Assembly (NCBI GenBank): GCA_043228905.1
Contig: JBHGNT010000020.1
Coordinates: 6,076,001-6,140,000, forward strand
DNA: 64,000 nucleotides
Direction of reading: 5' to 3'
Source: Azolla caroliniana
Lineage: Eukaryota; Plantae; Polypodiophyta
In this document: piece after piece, positions 11,801 through 25,892 of the stretch
Position numbering within the stretch: position 1 is the stretch's first letter
Layout of the letters: each line of letters starts with the position of its first letter
The notes under the pieces: generated by a model
Seen by the model: the letters and a program-made list of their open reading frames with translations, nothing else
What the model was told of the DNA's origin: nothing
The model's database searches: none
Position numbers and translations under genes: made by a program

Positions 11801-14800
11801 TGAATAAATGCACATACCTATGCAAAGAATATGATACGATAAATGAAGACATAGAAGGAGAGGATATTACATCCAACCTAAGAAAACTACGACCTAGAAG
11901 TAACATGAAGAATTGTTTGAATGGAACAATATATTGAAACTATAATTACTAAATAAATGCACAAAAAGAAAACAGAAACCAGACAATGTATGTTGTGGAG
12001 ATGAGAGGAAGAGCAAGTAAAAATGAAGCTGCATAAGAAAATATGTAGCTATACACCATCACCTATACCAAGCATGTAAGCTTGACCATAAACCATCTCT
12101 GACTTTTCTTCTTTCCTACTTACAATCAGCACTGGAAACATGTGGTAGAGCCACAAAAATGGTTGGTATGATGATGAACGGCGTGATAGAATGCAATGTG
12201 CAAATCTCTCTATACACCTATAATGAGCACTCAAAACATGTAGTAGAGCCGTGAACATCGTGATAAAATGCAATGTGCAACTAGCAATCTGAAGCTCCCA
12301 ATGTGCATTGGGATTCCATGCTTAACTTGTAAAAGGAGCTACAGACCGTCAGGATCCAGCTGATACATGATGGAAGGTCTACAAACTATGTTCAGTTTCA
12401 TCGATAACACATCAAAAATGAGTTATATGTACCTCATCAAATTAGTAAAAAGTTCTCAATCACTACCAAAATTATATTTTATAATAAAATAGAAGCATTC
12501 TAAAAGAACTTGAGACTGGTCCTATACTACATGCTAAGGATCATTTCTCACTGATCAGTCAGTACTCACCGCTTGATCACACATTCCAACATTCCAAAAA
12601 TAATTTGCCACGCATAGAAGAACTGGATCTTCTTTCTTAAGTAGCTTACACAATCCCTCAAGAGTCGTCCAATCTCCAAGTTTATGTAGGCAATAAGCTA
12701 TGCAAGCATTGTTTTTTGATTGTTCATAAAATTTCTTAGCCTCTGTCCAATTTTGCCTTTCCAAATAGAACTTTCCTATGTTATCGTTAATCAACTGAAT
12801 CACAGAATCTTCAATAGCAGAAGCAACCAGCTTTTCAAGACTGCAAAGAAAATGGGAGAGATCTTCAAATACCAGTGGCTACAATCACGAAACAAAGTTC
12901 TTCACAGGGTAATTTTGGACTAAAGAGAAACCCTTTACAAGTGACATCTGCTGTTATTAAAGTAACACCTAACAGATATTATAACATTATTCCATAAACA
13001 TAATTTGCATTAATTGTAAACATGCATATCACACAAGTTCCCTTGTTCATATTGTTCATAAACATAATTTCAGATGTTCCCAAATATTAGCAACTTTGGG
13101 GGCTTTCGGATAAACTAGAATACCACTTGATGCACTACTATTAAACACACATTGGATAAAACCAGCAAGGATCCAATTTCAGGGGGTGGGGGGAGACTCA
13201 CGCAAACCAACGTCCAAATTTCATGTGCATTTGCAAAGCTAAATCAGCTCGCTCCAATTTAATAAGTAACCTCTCAGCTTCATCAAATCTTTTAAAATAT
13301 GCAGAGACCTGATGAAAAAGAAAAAATTGTTGTGAGCTAACCAAATACATAGCTAAAACCTTGAAAGTTTTGTGTTTATATCTCTCATTCTTATCTTGGA
13401 TATTCTTGCAATATTAGACATTTAATATGATACATAGAAATAAGTATGCATACAGAATTGCATGTCACAATTGTCACAACCAACGTGATTCTAGAAATCA
13501 ACTTCAAGTAGTTTATGTGTGTCAGTATATTGTCTGGTTAATCTAATGTCAAATGAGTGGTCACAAGGTGACTTGTATGCATATCTTCCATAGAGAGGTA
13601 CAAGATGGCCCACATTCATGGCACTTGTGACTTGTATGCACGTCTTCCAAAGAGAGGTGCAAGGTGGCACGCATTCATGGCCTAAATAGGGGGTTCCCAC
13701 CCTGGTTGTCCTCAAGGAGTTCAAAACAAGTTATTGGGTGTATTGGACTCTATTCATGGCCTAAATAGGGGGTTCCCACCCTGGTTTTCCTCAAGGAGTT
13801 CAAAACAAGTTATTGGGTGTATTGGACTCTATTCATGGCCTAAATAGGGGGTTCCCACCCTGGTTGTCCTCAAGGAGTTCAAAACAAGTTATTGGGTGTA
13901 TTGGACTCTATCTACTGATCTTTCTCTTCATTGCTCTTTTTTCTTCTTTCTTCTCTCTCGTCTCGCTCATTCGCTGGTTGGCTTGTCTTTCTCACCTTGC
14001 TTGTTCACTTATTTGTTGATCATCGTCTTACATTCGTAACAGTAATCCATCAAACAAAAGGCAGGCTCAAAGTAAAAGTTGGCTGAACTATCAGGTAATA
14101 CACGTGCCCAAGCTCTCCCTGGCAAGGATACTGATTGAGAAATGAAAGATGATGGAAGCGTTGAAATGATTTTCAGATAGAATGCACCTCACTGAACTGC
14201 TCTCTTTTGAAGAAAGAACTTCAAAAAAGCATTAAAAGAACTGAATGTTAGCATAAAACAACTAAAATATAAACAGGCTGGATAATCCCAATGGTCAATA
14301 GAATATTACAGAGTACACAACAGATAGAACGGGAGAAAAAAAGAACGATACATTAACATCTCTAAAAGACTGTAATAGTCAATGAGACCTGACAGTGGTT
14401 CAACCATTTATATTAATTCATCAATGTGAATAATAAAGAGAATACAAAAGAGAAATATTTTTCTACAGTAGCTTCCTAAAACTAAATTGACATAAAAGAC
14501 AAAAAGAAATATCTCTAGATTGTGACATATCTGAATCGTCAATGCGCTTTCACAGGGATCCATGCTATAAGGGTGACTCTAGCAGTAGCCATATGGAAGA
14601 AATCTGTCATAGTTCTCTCTCTAGGTGGATTAGCGACTGCCACCCTCTCTATCAAGAGGTTCTCTATGTCTCCTAATCTAAGGAGTTTTTATCATTGTAT
14701 TCCACTCTGTGGAGATCACAAAATTTCTTTGATTATCACTCACTCTCTTAGATTTTTATATAGATGAGATATCTAATTACATAGAGAAATTATGTTCTTA

Positions 14801-17800
14801 ACGAGCATGCTTAGAACAAGTAGCCACACCGATATTACTGTATGTTGATGACATTGTGTTGATCTCCATCTAAACGCTTTAAAGTCATTTTGTATTGAGA
14901 AGGATTCGCCGGTCAACCTTGACAAAATTACAGTGACAGTGTTTAACTCTACCTCACGCATGTGTAACAAGACCAGAACTACAATACTTCTTGAGAAAGG
15001 AAACAGTGCCATACACGTGATCCTACACATATGTACGAGTAAAATTCATAGGGTCTCAATTCTCCCTATAGGAGATTTCTTGTGCTTGATTTTCTAGTGG
15101 GTAGGTAGCCCTTGAAAGACAGTGTGCACATCACATTCCAAGAACGAACTAAATTTTAACTGTTCAATACATTTCTACAAAATAGCAATTTTGTGACCCA
15201 GCCTCCAAGGACTCATAATTAGACATATTTAAAGAGACCTTTAGTCTTGATCATTGCCCCCATGATAAGAAGAAATGCATCAATGCCCCACAATATAATC
15301 CAGATGGAGATGGGTGTAGACTCAACAGTGATCAACCCATTATTCCAATCAATAATCTGTATCCAACAGATTTGAGAAATCCCTAACCAAAGGTACTCAA
15401 GTGCTAGGGCAAAGATATTCATAATGCTCCTCAGATTCAACTTTATGATTGCAAAGCTGCCAGGTGCAGTCCTCTAAATCTAAATGTATATCATCCAATC
15501 TGCTGGGCTCACACTAACATATTGAGACAAAGTTTGAATCCTCTTTGTTGACAAAAACTTCAGACCTGCCCTGCCATTGTTTGAAGGGAATGTAACAAGT
15601 GTGTCTCCTCACTACCCCCACTGCATTGAAGCTTGGATTTTCCACACCTTAACGCAAAAAAAGATGCAAAGGAATAGAGTAATTTGATTTTGTCATTAAA
15701 TTGGATACAGAAAACATGGATTAGCTCTACGTCTATTGGTTGGAAGATGACCTACACATTGCAAGATTGTTGTATCATCAAGCCTTCTTATATGGATATA
15801 AATCTATTTCATGTGCTCTATTGGCATCATTAGAGATGCAACCAAGGGAAGAATGGATGTACTAATTGTGTTGTGCCATATGAAGTACACGGGAGATACC
15901 ATTGTCTCTTCACACAAGGCGTTGGCAAACTACACAAGGTAATAAAACTGAAGACCAATGGTGCTTGGGACATTTCTTGCTAGAAATCAAGATACATAGA
16001 AGTTGTTGAGGAATAACACAGCCACAACAGCTCATCAGCAAAGGGCCATCACAACTTTCTTTAGCTCCATCACTCTACAAGTGACCTAAGGGCTACGTAC
16101 GTAGGGTCTCTACCACACACTTGAAGGGCGTTACAATAGACCAGGCAGTAACAATTCAACAAAGGGAAAATGCATCCCAAGAGTAGTCGTCGAAGAGCCC
16201 AAGCTCAAGTGGCAGTTAGAGATCTTTCCTGGATCCTTGCATGTCAACCATATGGCTAACATTAAAGAGAATCGTGTTTAAAGATTATCATAGAAATTAG
16301 GCCCATTAGCTTGAAAGTACAGCAGCTCAACAAGACTGCTATATGGACAAATTTTTGGACAAATTTTGCTGACTCGCACTGCAGTTTCACATTCAGAATA
16401 TATAGAAATCTTCTTGGACAAATTTTCAGCAACACAGTGCAGTTTCACATTCATAATATGTTATTATTGCATTTAATTTTACAAAGTTCCATTTCTCAAC
16501 TTTTGAGGAGCTTTCAAGTATAACCTTTTTTGGATAAAGAGATAGTGCCCTGGAGAAAACTAACTTACCTCTGCTTTTTTCTCATTATTCTCTTTCAAGG
16601 AATGAATTCTTTTGACAAATTGAATTCCGAAATAGTTCTTGCATTTGACAAAGGCCTGCATATTATGTATTAGTGTAGGAATTATAAGTATATCTTCAAG
16701 AGCAAAATAAGAAACTCATCAATACTTTTTCTGCAATGGAAAGATCAAGCTTTTCAAGCGCATGCTCTGCAAGTATTGTCCAGAGTTTCGGATGAGAATG
16801 ATCCTCAATATAAGAGAATGCATCTTGAAGCTGTGCAGCTTTTAGTATCTGAAGTGTGTCACGTTGAGACTTAGTTTCATAGTAAAAAATGTGCTCCTTT
16901 CCTGGATCCTCAGGTTGTTGCATGATCTCATCTAGCTGAACAGCTTGTATCTAACAATTGACACATAAACAAACCTAAGACAACACTTACCAGATCTAGA
17001 AATAAACTAGGCACAAACCTATACAACCACATAGTTCAATGTTTATGATACACTCCAACCAAATTGAAACCTTTCCAATTCAAACTTGTAAATAAACATA
17101 AAAAAAACAATCCGTTGAATGTGCCACCCATGAAACTGGTATTGGACATGCCACCTAACTATATCTTGTCTACTCACAAATTATGGTCTTTTAGAAAGAA
17201 AGATATAATAGTATTTTTAAGAGCCCAAAATGGCCTATAAGACCAAACAAGAGATTAGAGCTTAAGTGTTGTCTCATCTTTGAGAACAACAAACCAAAAT
17301 AAATATTACTAAGAAATATAAAAAACTAAATAAGATAAACAGAGACTAAAGAATCTTGGTATCAGTACATGTAAGATTCTCAAGCCAATTGCCTTCAATG
17401 ATCTCTAACATAGGTCAATCCAGATTGGAGAGGTCTCCAACAAACAGGAATCACTTCGATGGCGGGAGATAATGGTTAATAGTTTCTTTCAACAAGACAG
17501 TCATGTTTCTGAACGGTTTCACCATCGTGGATCACACAATGGCCTTCAAATCCTTATTGAGGAAGAAAGAACCAAAAGAGGAAAATCAATTATTTATATG
17601 TAGATTCCTTAAATGCATTCGACACAGTACTGCAAGCAAAGCTCATGCAACGACTAGTGGCCATTGGGGTCTTATGTGCTAGATAGCTAGAAGAAACATG
17701 AAGATAGAGTCAGATCTCCCTATAGGAGCCTGCCTGTTCCCAAATTTTCAAGAATATGCAGTCCTTTCTGCCCGTGAGAGAAAATGTCAACATACAGCGC

Positions 17801-20800
17801 TGCAAGCTAAGCTCATGCAATGACTAATGGCCATTGGAGTCTTATGCGCTAGATAGCTAGAAGAAACATGAAGATAGACTCAGATCTCCCTATAGGAAGC
17901 CTGCCTGTCCCCAAATTTTCAAGAATATGCAGTCCTTTGTGCCCGTGAGAGAAAATGTCCACATACAAAATTCCATGAGCCACAAACAAAATTGAGGCCA
18001 TCCAATACACTAGTAATATTAACTCTTCTCCATAGGATAGAAACTCGTGCACTCCATTTATTTTTTATTTAATGGTCTTCAAGATAGACACCATTATCAG
18101 ATATAATTCCTTGTTCATTTTCAAAGGTTATTTTCGCCTCTTAAGAGCCAATTGTGTGATCAAGGAGTGGAATCCGAAGAACACTATGTTTATCACTGTA
18201 GTGTCTTTTATGAAATAAGAGGGAGATACCATTGCCTCTTTCAACAAGACTTTGGCCCACTACCCAAGGTAATATGAGGACCAACGGTGCCTAGGACTTT
18301 TCTTGCTGCAACTCAAGAGACATAAGGGAAAACTTATTGAAGGACAACAATAATGCCACACAAGCTCATCCACAAAAAACAATCACAACTTTCTTTAGTC
18401 CCATCACTCCTACTAATGCAACAAGTCAATCAAGGATACAAAAATGGACGCCCATAACAAACGGGTTACGATCTATAGGGCAATAGCAATTTGTCGTGCA
18501 CGTAGGCCCATGGACCACGACCTCACCACCCTTGTTATCAATAGATAAAGGCCATTATCTTTCACCATAGCAGGTGCTTCCCTCACTTAGGAGACCTCTC
18601 CATTCTGGATCAACCTATGCTAGAGACCTTTCAAAGACAAAAGTTACAATATATCTAACTTGGGAATCTTACATGTCCCGAAAACCAGTTTCTTTAGTCT
18701 CTTTTATCTTATTTACTTTTATATTTACTTAGTAATATTTAATTTATTTTGATTTGTTGTTCTCATAGACGAGACAATACTTAAGATGTAATCTCTTGTT
18801 TGGTCTTATAGGCCATTTTGGCCTCTTAAAAGAAGTTAATATATCTTTCTTTCTAGAGTTCTTAACAGACAGCTTTTGTCAGTGTTGTAACTTTGGTTTC
18901 CTAGTTAATTTTCATATTTTGCAGACATTAAGATGGTATACATTTCATTTTGATTTTTCTTATAGGTCAACTAAGGCTTTTATTGTTCCTTTCTTTTGTA
19001 CTCTCTCAAAACTTCAACCCCATAATATTCTGAGAAGGTTTGCATTACACTATCAATATTAGTCTTCTAACAGAAATAAATGAATAAATATGGAGAGTTA
19101 GCCCATACACATCTGAGATTTAGAATCCTTACTTGTAAGGCACGAAACCTGCATAAATAAGCAGTACAAGGAACTGGCTCTTCAAGTTCTGTTCCACGGA
19201 GTATATACATTCGAAACTTCTCCATGATGGCAAGAAGGTCAGTATTATCATCGGCCCACTTCATATTCCACACATCTTTTCTTTCGAAGTTCAACATTTT
19301 GATACCTTCTCCATTCTGTAGCACAAGACATCACCTTTTATTAGATACTTTGGAAATGTGATTTTTTGTGGATTGTCTGCAGTAAGATATATGGCTGGAT
19401 GAAGAACCGTCAAGTATATACCATTACAAGACCATATCCAATACACAATGTCCGCCTCTGGGTTGGCAGTATTACCCACAGAAGAAACAGGCATTGCCTT
19501 TCCCTCGGAGAAAATGCCCCTTTCTTGTTACTGTCCTAACTTGTCAAAGCTGCTCTATATGCAACAATGCAGCATATGAACCAGACATGAAAACAGAAGA
19601 TGGCATTCCCTGTATAGATCCTACAACGAAACCTTCTACAGGTAATTTTAATACATTTTAATACATGAGAAACTGGTTTGGGTTTAGATCTGGAAGCGTG
19701 AGTTATAGATAACAACTTGCTATAAAATATATGTATCATAACTATGTATCTTTCACATGGCTCTTGAATGCCCCTGACATAAGAAACTTATTTTAAAAAG
19801 ATGATTGTTTTTACCTATTCAATGAGATTGGTACATGACACTGGGTGTTTGAATTTCAAATCAAAATGCAGAAACAGCAGTACATCTGTAAGAAATAGCC
19901 ACTCTTTGATCTGGCAGTCCAGACATGTGTCAATAATCTGACAACATTTCTGTAGCTCATGAACAAAGAACAATCACAACTTTCTTGGCAGAAAAAAGTA
20001 ACAATATATCGGACTTGAGAATATTACATATGTAGATGACAAGATTTTTAATCATGTCTTAATTCTATTTCTATTTACCATTTTATTATTTTGGTTTACT
20101 ATTCTCAAAGATGAGACAACATTTTAAGATGTAATCTCCTGTTTGATCTTATAGGCCATTTTCGCCTCTTAATATACATGGGCCGTATATAGAGATGGCA
20201 AGGTCATTATTACAAAGAAGCGAACCGCATGATGATATATGGCCTATGAGACCCTACGCATGACCTTATGGAATTGCAACGGCTCTCTACGGACAGATGT
20301 CGGATATTTTGAAGATACATTGAAAAACACAGATATTGCTATATATACAGAGAGAGATTCACCAATGCATGGCTAGCAAACTCCCCGAGGTACAAGGATA
20401 TAGATGGGAGTCAATATGTCGCCCCCAACCTCGGACATGAGGAAGTACTAGAGGTTCAGGAGGAGTGGCTGTCCTATACAAAAAGGAGTTCCATGATAGA
20501 GTGCATGTTGTCCGTAAGGATGTAGATGCACGCTACATGTGGATACGAATAAAAAGAGGGGATCTTAGGGAGTTATATATTGCAATTTGCTACTTTTCGC
20601 CTGGTTACTCAAGGTTTGCACCTCTACGTGAATCACCATATTTACCTCTATATGATATGACATCATAAGATTTGCTACTATGGGGGACATTATACTATTA
20701 GGAGATTTGAATGCACAAACCAAGGATGAACAAACAACTATGTTTAACACCAACGAGGCTGTTTATGGAGAAGTTATGGCAGAAGAGGTTGGTCTAAAGC

Positions 20801-23800
20801 GACAAGCTCAAGATATGAGTGCTATAACGGAATATGGAAAACACTTTCGAGCCTTAGGAAGTGCGCATGGATTTGTGATATATAATGGCTTGTCACAATG
20901 GCCTGGATCAGATGCTTTGACATGTTGGAACCCAAAAGGGGGTGCAAGCACAATTGACTATCTAATGGGATCTCCATCTCTTATACCTGAAATAAAAGTG
21001 TTCACTATATCGGGTAGGCCTATTGGCTTGGCAGCAGATCATGCATATCTACGCTTCAAGGTAAAGGATGGATGCACAAAGGATGTATATGCTAAGGAGA
21101 GTGGGCTGGCTAAGTATCTATTTACTGATGAGACAATTGGTGTGTATAATTGTGGTGTACACAATGGCATGCTAGATTTAGATCCTTTCACACCCCTTGA
21201 AGAACTTACCCAAGGATTGTCCAAATCATTGCATAAAGCAGCCACAAATGCCTTCCCTCACACAACGGCCAATCCCCCCAAACTTGGTAGAGTAATACAA
21301 AATAGTTGGTATGATGAGGAATGTCGTGATACAAGGAGATGCTTGCAGCATGATGTAACTCGGGGCATTTATACACACAACCAAGCAAGAGCAACCTTCC
21401 AACACCTCGAAAGGAAGAAGAAGAGATTGTATTTGGCTAAATTTGAAGATCATTTGTATCACTTGTTCCTAGGACAAGAGAGTAAAAGAGCATGGAAAAT
21501 GTTTAATGAGAGGCAACCCACCACACAACTGACCTCACCTCAGGTGTGGCATGAATATGCAAAGGTTCTATATGATATCCCGGGGCAACCTCCTCTTCCC
21601 TAACATGCCTCACGCCCACATGAATCAACCTTCTTTACACCACAAAATGTAAGAAATGCCATTGATCGGCTACAAATTGGGAAGGCCCAAGATCATGATG
21701 GATTGGTGGGTGAGCACTTTATCTATGCCCGTGACACCTTGCTCCTATTGCTGGCACGCATCTTTAATAGAGCCATGTGTGAAGGTTTCCCTACTAGATG
21801 GACTCAGCATACCATTTGTGCCATTCCTCAAAAGTGGAGACCCCATGATGCCAAGAAACTACAAGACAATCATGATTGTCCATTACTTGGCTAAACTATA
21901 TGGGTCGATTCTAAAATCAGAATTGAGTATATGGGCAGAGCAGAATGGCTGCCGTTCAGTTGGACAAGCAAGCTTTTGGAAGGGGTTCACAACATTGGAT
22001 CACATATTCACCCTCCGGGCCCTTATTGAGGAGGGCATAAGGTTTGTCAATCAACATAGACAAAACTAAAGTGATGGTGTTTAACACCACTCAAGCATGG
22101 GTAACAAGATTAGAACCAGAATTCTTCTTGGGAGAGGAAAAGGTGGAATACTCACGCTCCTACACATACCTAGGATGGGTAACAAGATTAGAATACTCAC
22201 GCTCCTACACATAACAAGGATGGGTTTGTCAATCAACATAGACAAAACTAAAGTGATGGTGTTTAACACCACTCAAGCATGGGTAACAAGATTAGAACCA
22301 GAATTCTTCTTGGGAGAGGAAAAGGTGGAATACTCACGCTCCTACACATACCTAGGATGGGTAACAAGATTAGAATACTCACGCTCCTACACATAACAAG
22401 GATGGGTTTGTCAATCAACATAGACAAAACTAAAGTGATGGTGTTTAACACCACTCAAGCATGGGTAACAAGATTAGAACCAGAATTCTTCTTGGGAGAG
22501 GAAAAGGTGGAATACTCACGCTCCTACACATACCTAGGATGGGTAACAAGATTAGAATACTCACGCTCCTACACATAACAAGGATGGGTTTGTCAATCAA
22601 CATAGACAAAACTAAAGTGATGGTGTTTAACACCACTCAAGCATGGGTAACAAGATTAGAACCAGAATTCTTCTTGGGAGAGGAAAAGGTGGAATACTCA
22701 CGCTCCTACACATACCTAGGATGGGTAACAAGATTAGAATACTCACGCTCCTACACATAACAAGGATGGGTTTGTCAATCAACATAGACAAAACTAAAGT
22801 GATGGTGTTTAACACCACTCAAGCATGGGTAACAAGATTAGAACCAGAATTCTTCTTGGGAGAGGAAAAGGTGGAATACTCACGCTCCTACACATACCTA
22901 GGATGGGTAACAAGATTAGAATACTCACGCTCCTACACATAACAAGGATGGGTTTGTCAATCAACATAGACAAAACTAAAGTGATGGTGTTTAACACCAC
23001 TCAAGCATGGGTAACAAGATTAGAACCAGAATTCTTCTTGGGAGAGGAAAAGGTGGAATACTCACGCTCCTACACATACCTAGGATGGGTAACAAGATTA
23101 GAATACTCACGCTCCTACACATAACAAGGATGGGTTTGTCAATCAACATAGACAAAACTAAAGTGATGGTGTTTAACACCACTCAAGCATGGGTAACAAG
23201 ATTAGAACCAGAATTCTTCTTGGGAGAGGAAAAGGTGGAATACTCACGCTCCTACACATACCTAGGATGGGTAACAAGATTAGAATACTCACGCTCCTAC
23301 ACATAACAAGGATGGGTTTGTCAATCAACATAGACAAAACTAAAGTGATGGTGTTTAACACCACTCAAGCATGGGTAACAAGATTAGAACCAGAATTCTT
23401 CTTGGGAGAGGAAAAGGTGGAATACTCACGCTCCTACACATACCTAGGATGGGTAACAAGATTAGAATACTCACGCTCCTACACATAACAAGGATGGGTT
23501 TGTCAATCAACATAGACAAAACTAAAGTGATGGTGTTTAACACCACTCAAGCATGGGTAACAAGATTAGAACCAGAATTCTTCTTGGGAGAGGAAAAGGT
23601 GGAATACTCACGCTCCTACACATACCTAGGATGGGTAACAAGATTAGAATACTCACGCTCCTACACATAACAAGGATGGGTTTGTCAATCAACATAGACA
23701 AAACTAAAGTGATGGTGTTTAACACCACTCAAGCATGGGTAACAAGATTAGAACCAGAATTCTTCTTGGGAGAGGAAAAGGTGGAATACTCACGCTCCTA

Positions 23801-25852
23801 CACATACCTAGGAGCAACATTTATAGGACCTGATTCTCCTTACAGGAGGCTGCTTGTGCCCGACTTTCTCATGGATATGCAGCCCTTGGTGCTCTCAAGA
23901 GACAATGTGCACATTTGCAGTTCCAAGAGCCACAAACTAAGCTATGATTATTTGATACACTTGTCACACTAACTCTTCTCTATGGAGTAGAAACATGGGA
24001 ACCGAGTCTTAACAAGGCCAATCATTGGAAAGATTTAGAGAGACCTTTAGCGTCAATGGTTGCTCGCATGATATGGGGTAAAGCATCGGTGCCCCACGAT
24101 ATAATACGGGCAGAGATGGGAGCAGCACCTATAATAACCGAGGCATTGTTCTGATCAGTGACATTTATCCAACGTCTCTGGGAGCTCCCTAAACGAAGGT
24201 ACCCAAGGTTGGCACTTATGTCATTAAGACAACTGGCTGAAAATGGAGACACTCATTGTTGGTATGCTGAAATGCAGCAATGGTTCGAGTCACATGGCAT
24301 GAGTATAAATGCACTACCTCCATTCCAATATAGCTTGGACTGTCCCCACCTAAATATGACCAAAGTGGAAAAGAATAGAGTGATCCGAAATGATATTATT
24401 AACTTGGAAAACAAGATAACATGGATCAGCCCCAAAATACCACTTGGTACAAAGATGGCCCACTATAAGACACACTTCTTACATACATAGGAGGATGGAT
24501 TCGTCATCAGGCCACTTTATATGGACATATAACAATTTGTCATGCACGTACACCTGGCCTTATGGACCACGATCTCACCAACCAGGATAATGCAAAGGTA
24601 TTCTAATATATAAAACAATTGCAATTTGTCATGCACGTATGCCTGGCCTCATGGACCACGATCTCACTACCCTTAAAGAAAAATACAGGCCATAATCTCC
24701 CGCCGTAGCAGGTTCTTACCTTGCTTTGGAGACCTCTCCATTCTGGATCAGCCTATGCTAGAAGTCTTTCCAGGACCAAAAGTACAATATATTTAACTTG
24801 AGAATCTTTACTTGTATAGATGACGAGATTCTTTGGTCACATCTTAATTCTATTTCTATTCACTTATTTTACTTGGTTACGTTAGACATTAATATATTAA
24901 CTTGGAAAACAAGATAACATGGATCAGCCCCAAAATACCACTTGGTACAAAGATGGCCCACTATAAGACACACTTCTTACACACGTCGGAGGATGGATTC
25001 ATCATCAGGCCACCTTATATGGACATACATCTATCTTATCCGTTGTGTAGTGTGATAGGGCAGCTGCGAACTTCATCATATCAGTTACAGATTGAGGTAG
25101 GCAGATATACACAACTACCTCTAGAAGAGAGAATTTGCCAATTGTGTCATCAAGGAGTGGAATCTGAGGAACACTATGATTGTCATTGTAGTGTCTTTTA
25201 TGAAATCCAAAGGGAGATATCATTGCCTCTTTAAACAAGGCTTTGGCCCACTACGCAAGGTAATGGAATATGAGAACCATCAATGCCTAGGACTTTTCTT
25301 GCTAGAGCTCAAGAGACATCGGGAAAAGTTGTTGAAGAATACAGCCACACAAGCTCATCCACAAAGAACAATCACAACTTTCTTTAGCCCCATCACTCCT
25401 ACTAATCCTACAAGTCCATCACGGGATACACAAATGGGCTCTAGACCAGGACATAACAAAGGGGTTACAATTGATCGGGCAATAGGAATTTCCCGTGCAC
25501 GTAGGCCCCGCCCCCATGGACCACGACCTCGACACCCTTGTCATCAACAGATAAAAGCCATTCTCTCCCGCCATCGTAGGTGCTTCCCTCGCTTCGGAGA
25601 CATTTCTATTCTGGATCGACCTATGCTAGAGATCTTTCGAAGACAAAAGCTACAATATACCTAACTTGAGAATCTCACATGTGCCAAAAACCAGATTCCC
25701 TCGTTTCTTCTCTTTTCATCTTATTTACTTTTATATTTACTGTGTAGTATTTATTTTATTTTGATTTGTTCTCAAAGACGAGACAACACTCAAGATGTAA
25801 TCTCTTATTTGGTCTTATAGGCCATTTTGACCTCTTAAAAGACGTTAATATT

Positions 25853-25892
<40 letters not shown>

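Noticed and set aside
22041-23813. CRISPR-like array or repeated small genes
   Set aside because: Units are identical with no unique spacers, derive from LINE RT, and sit in a eukaryotic intron.
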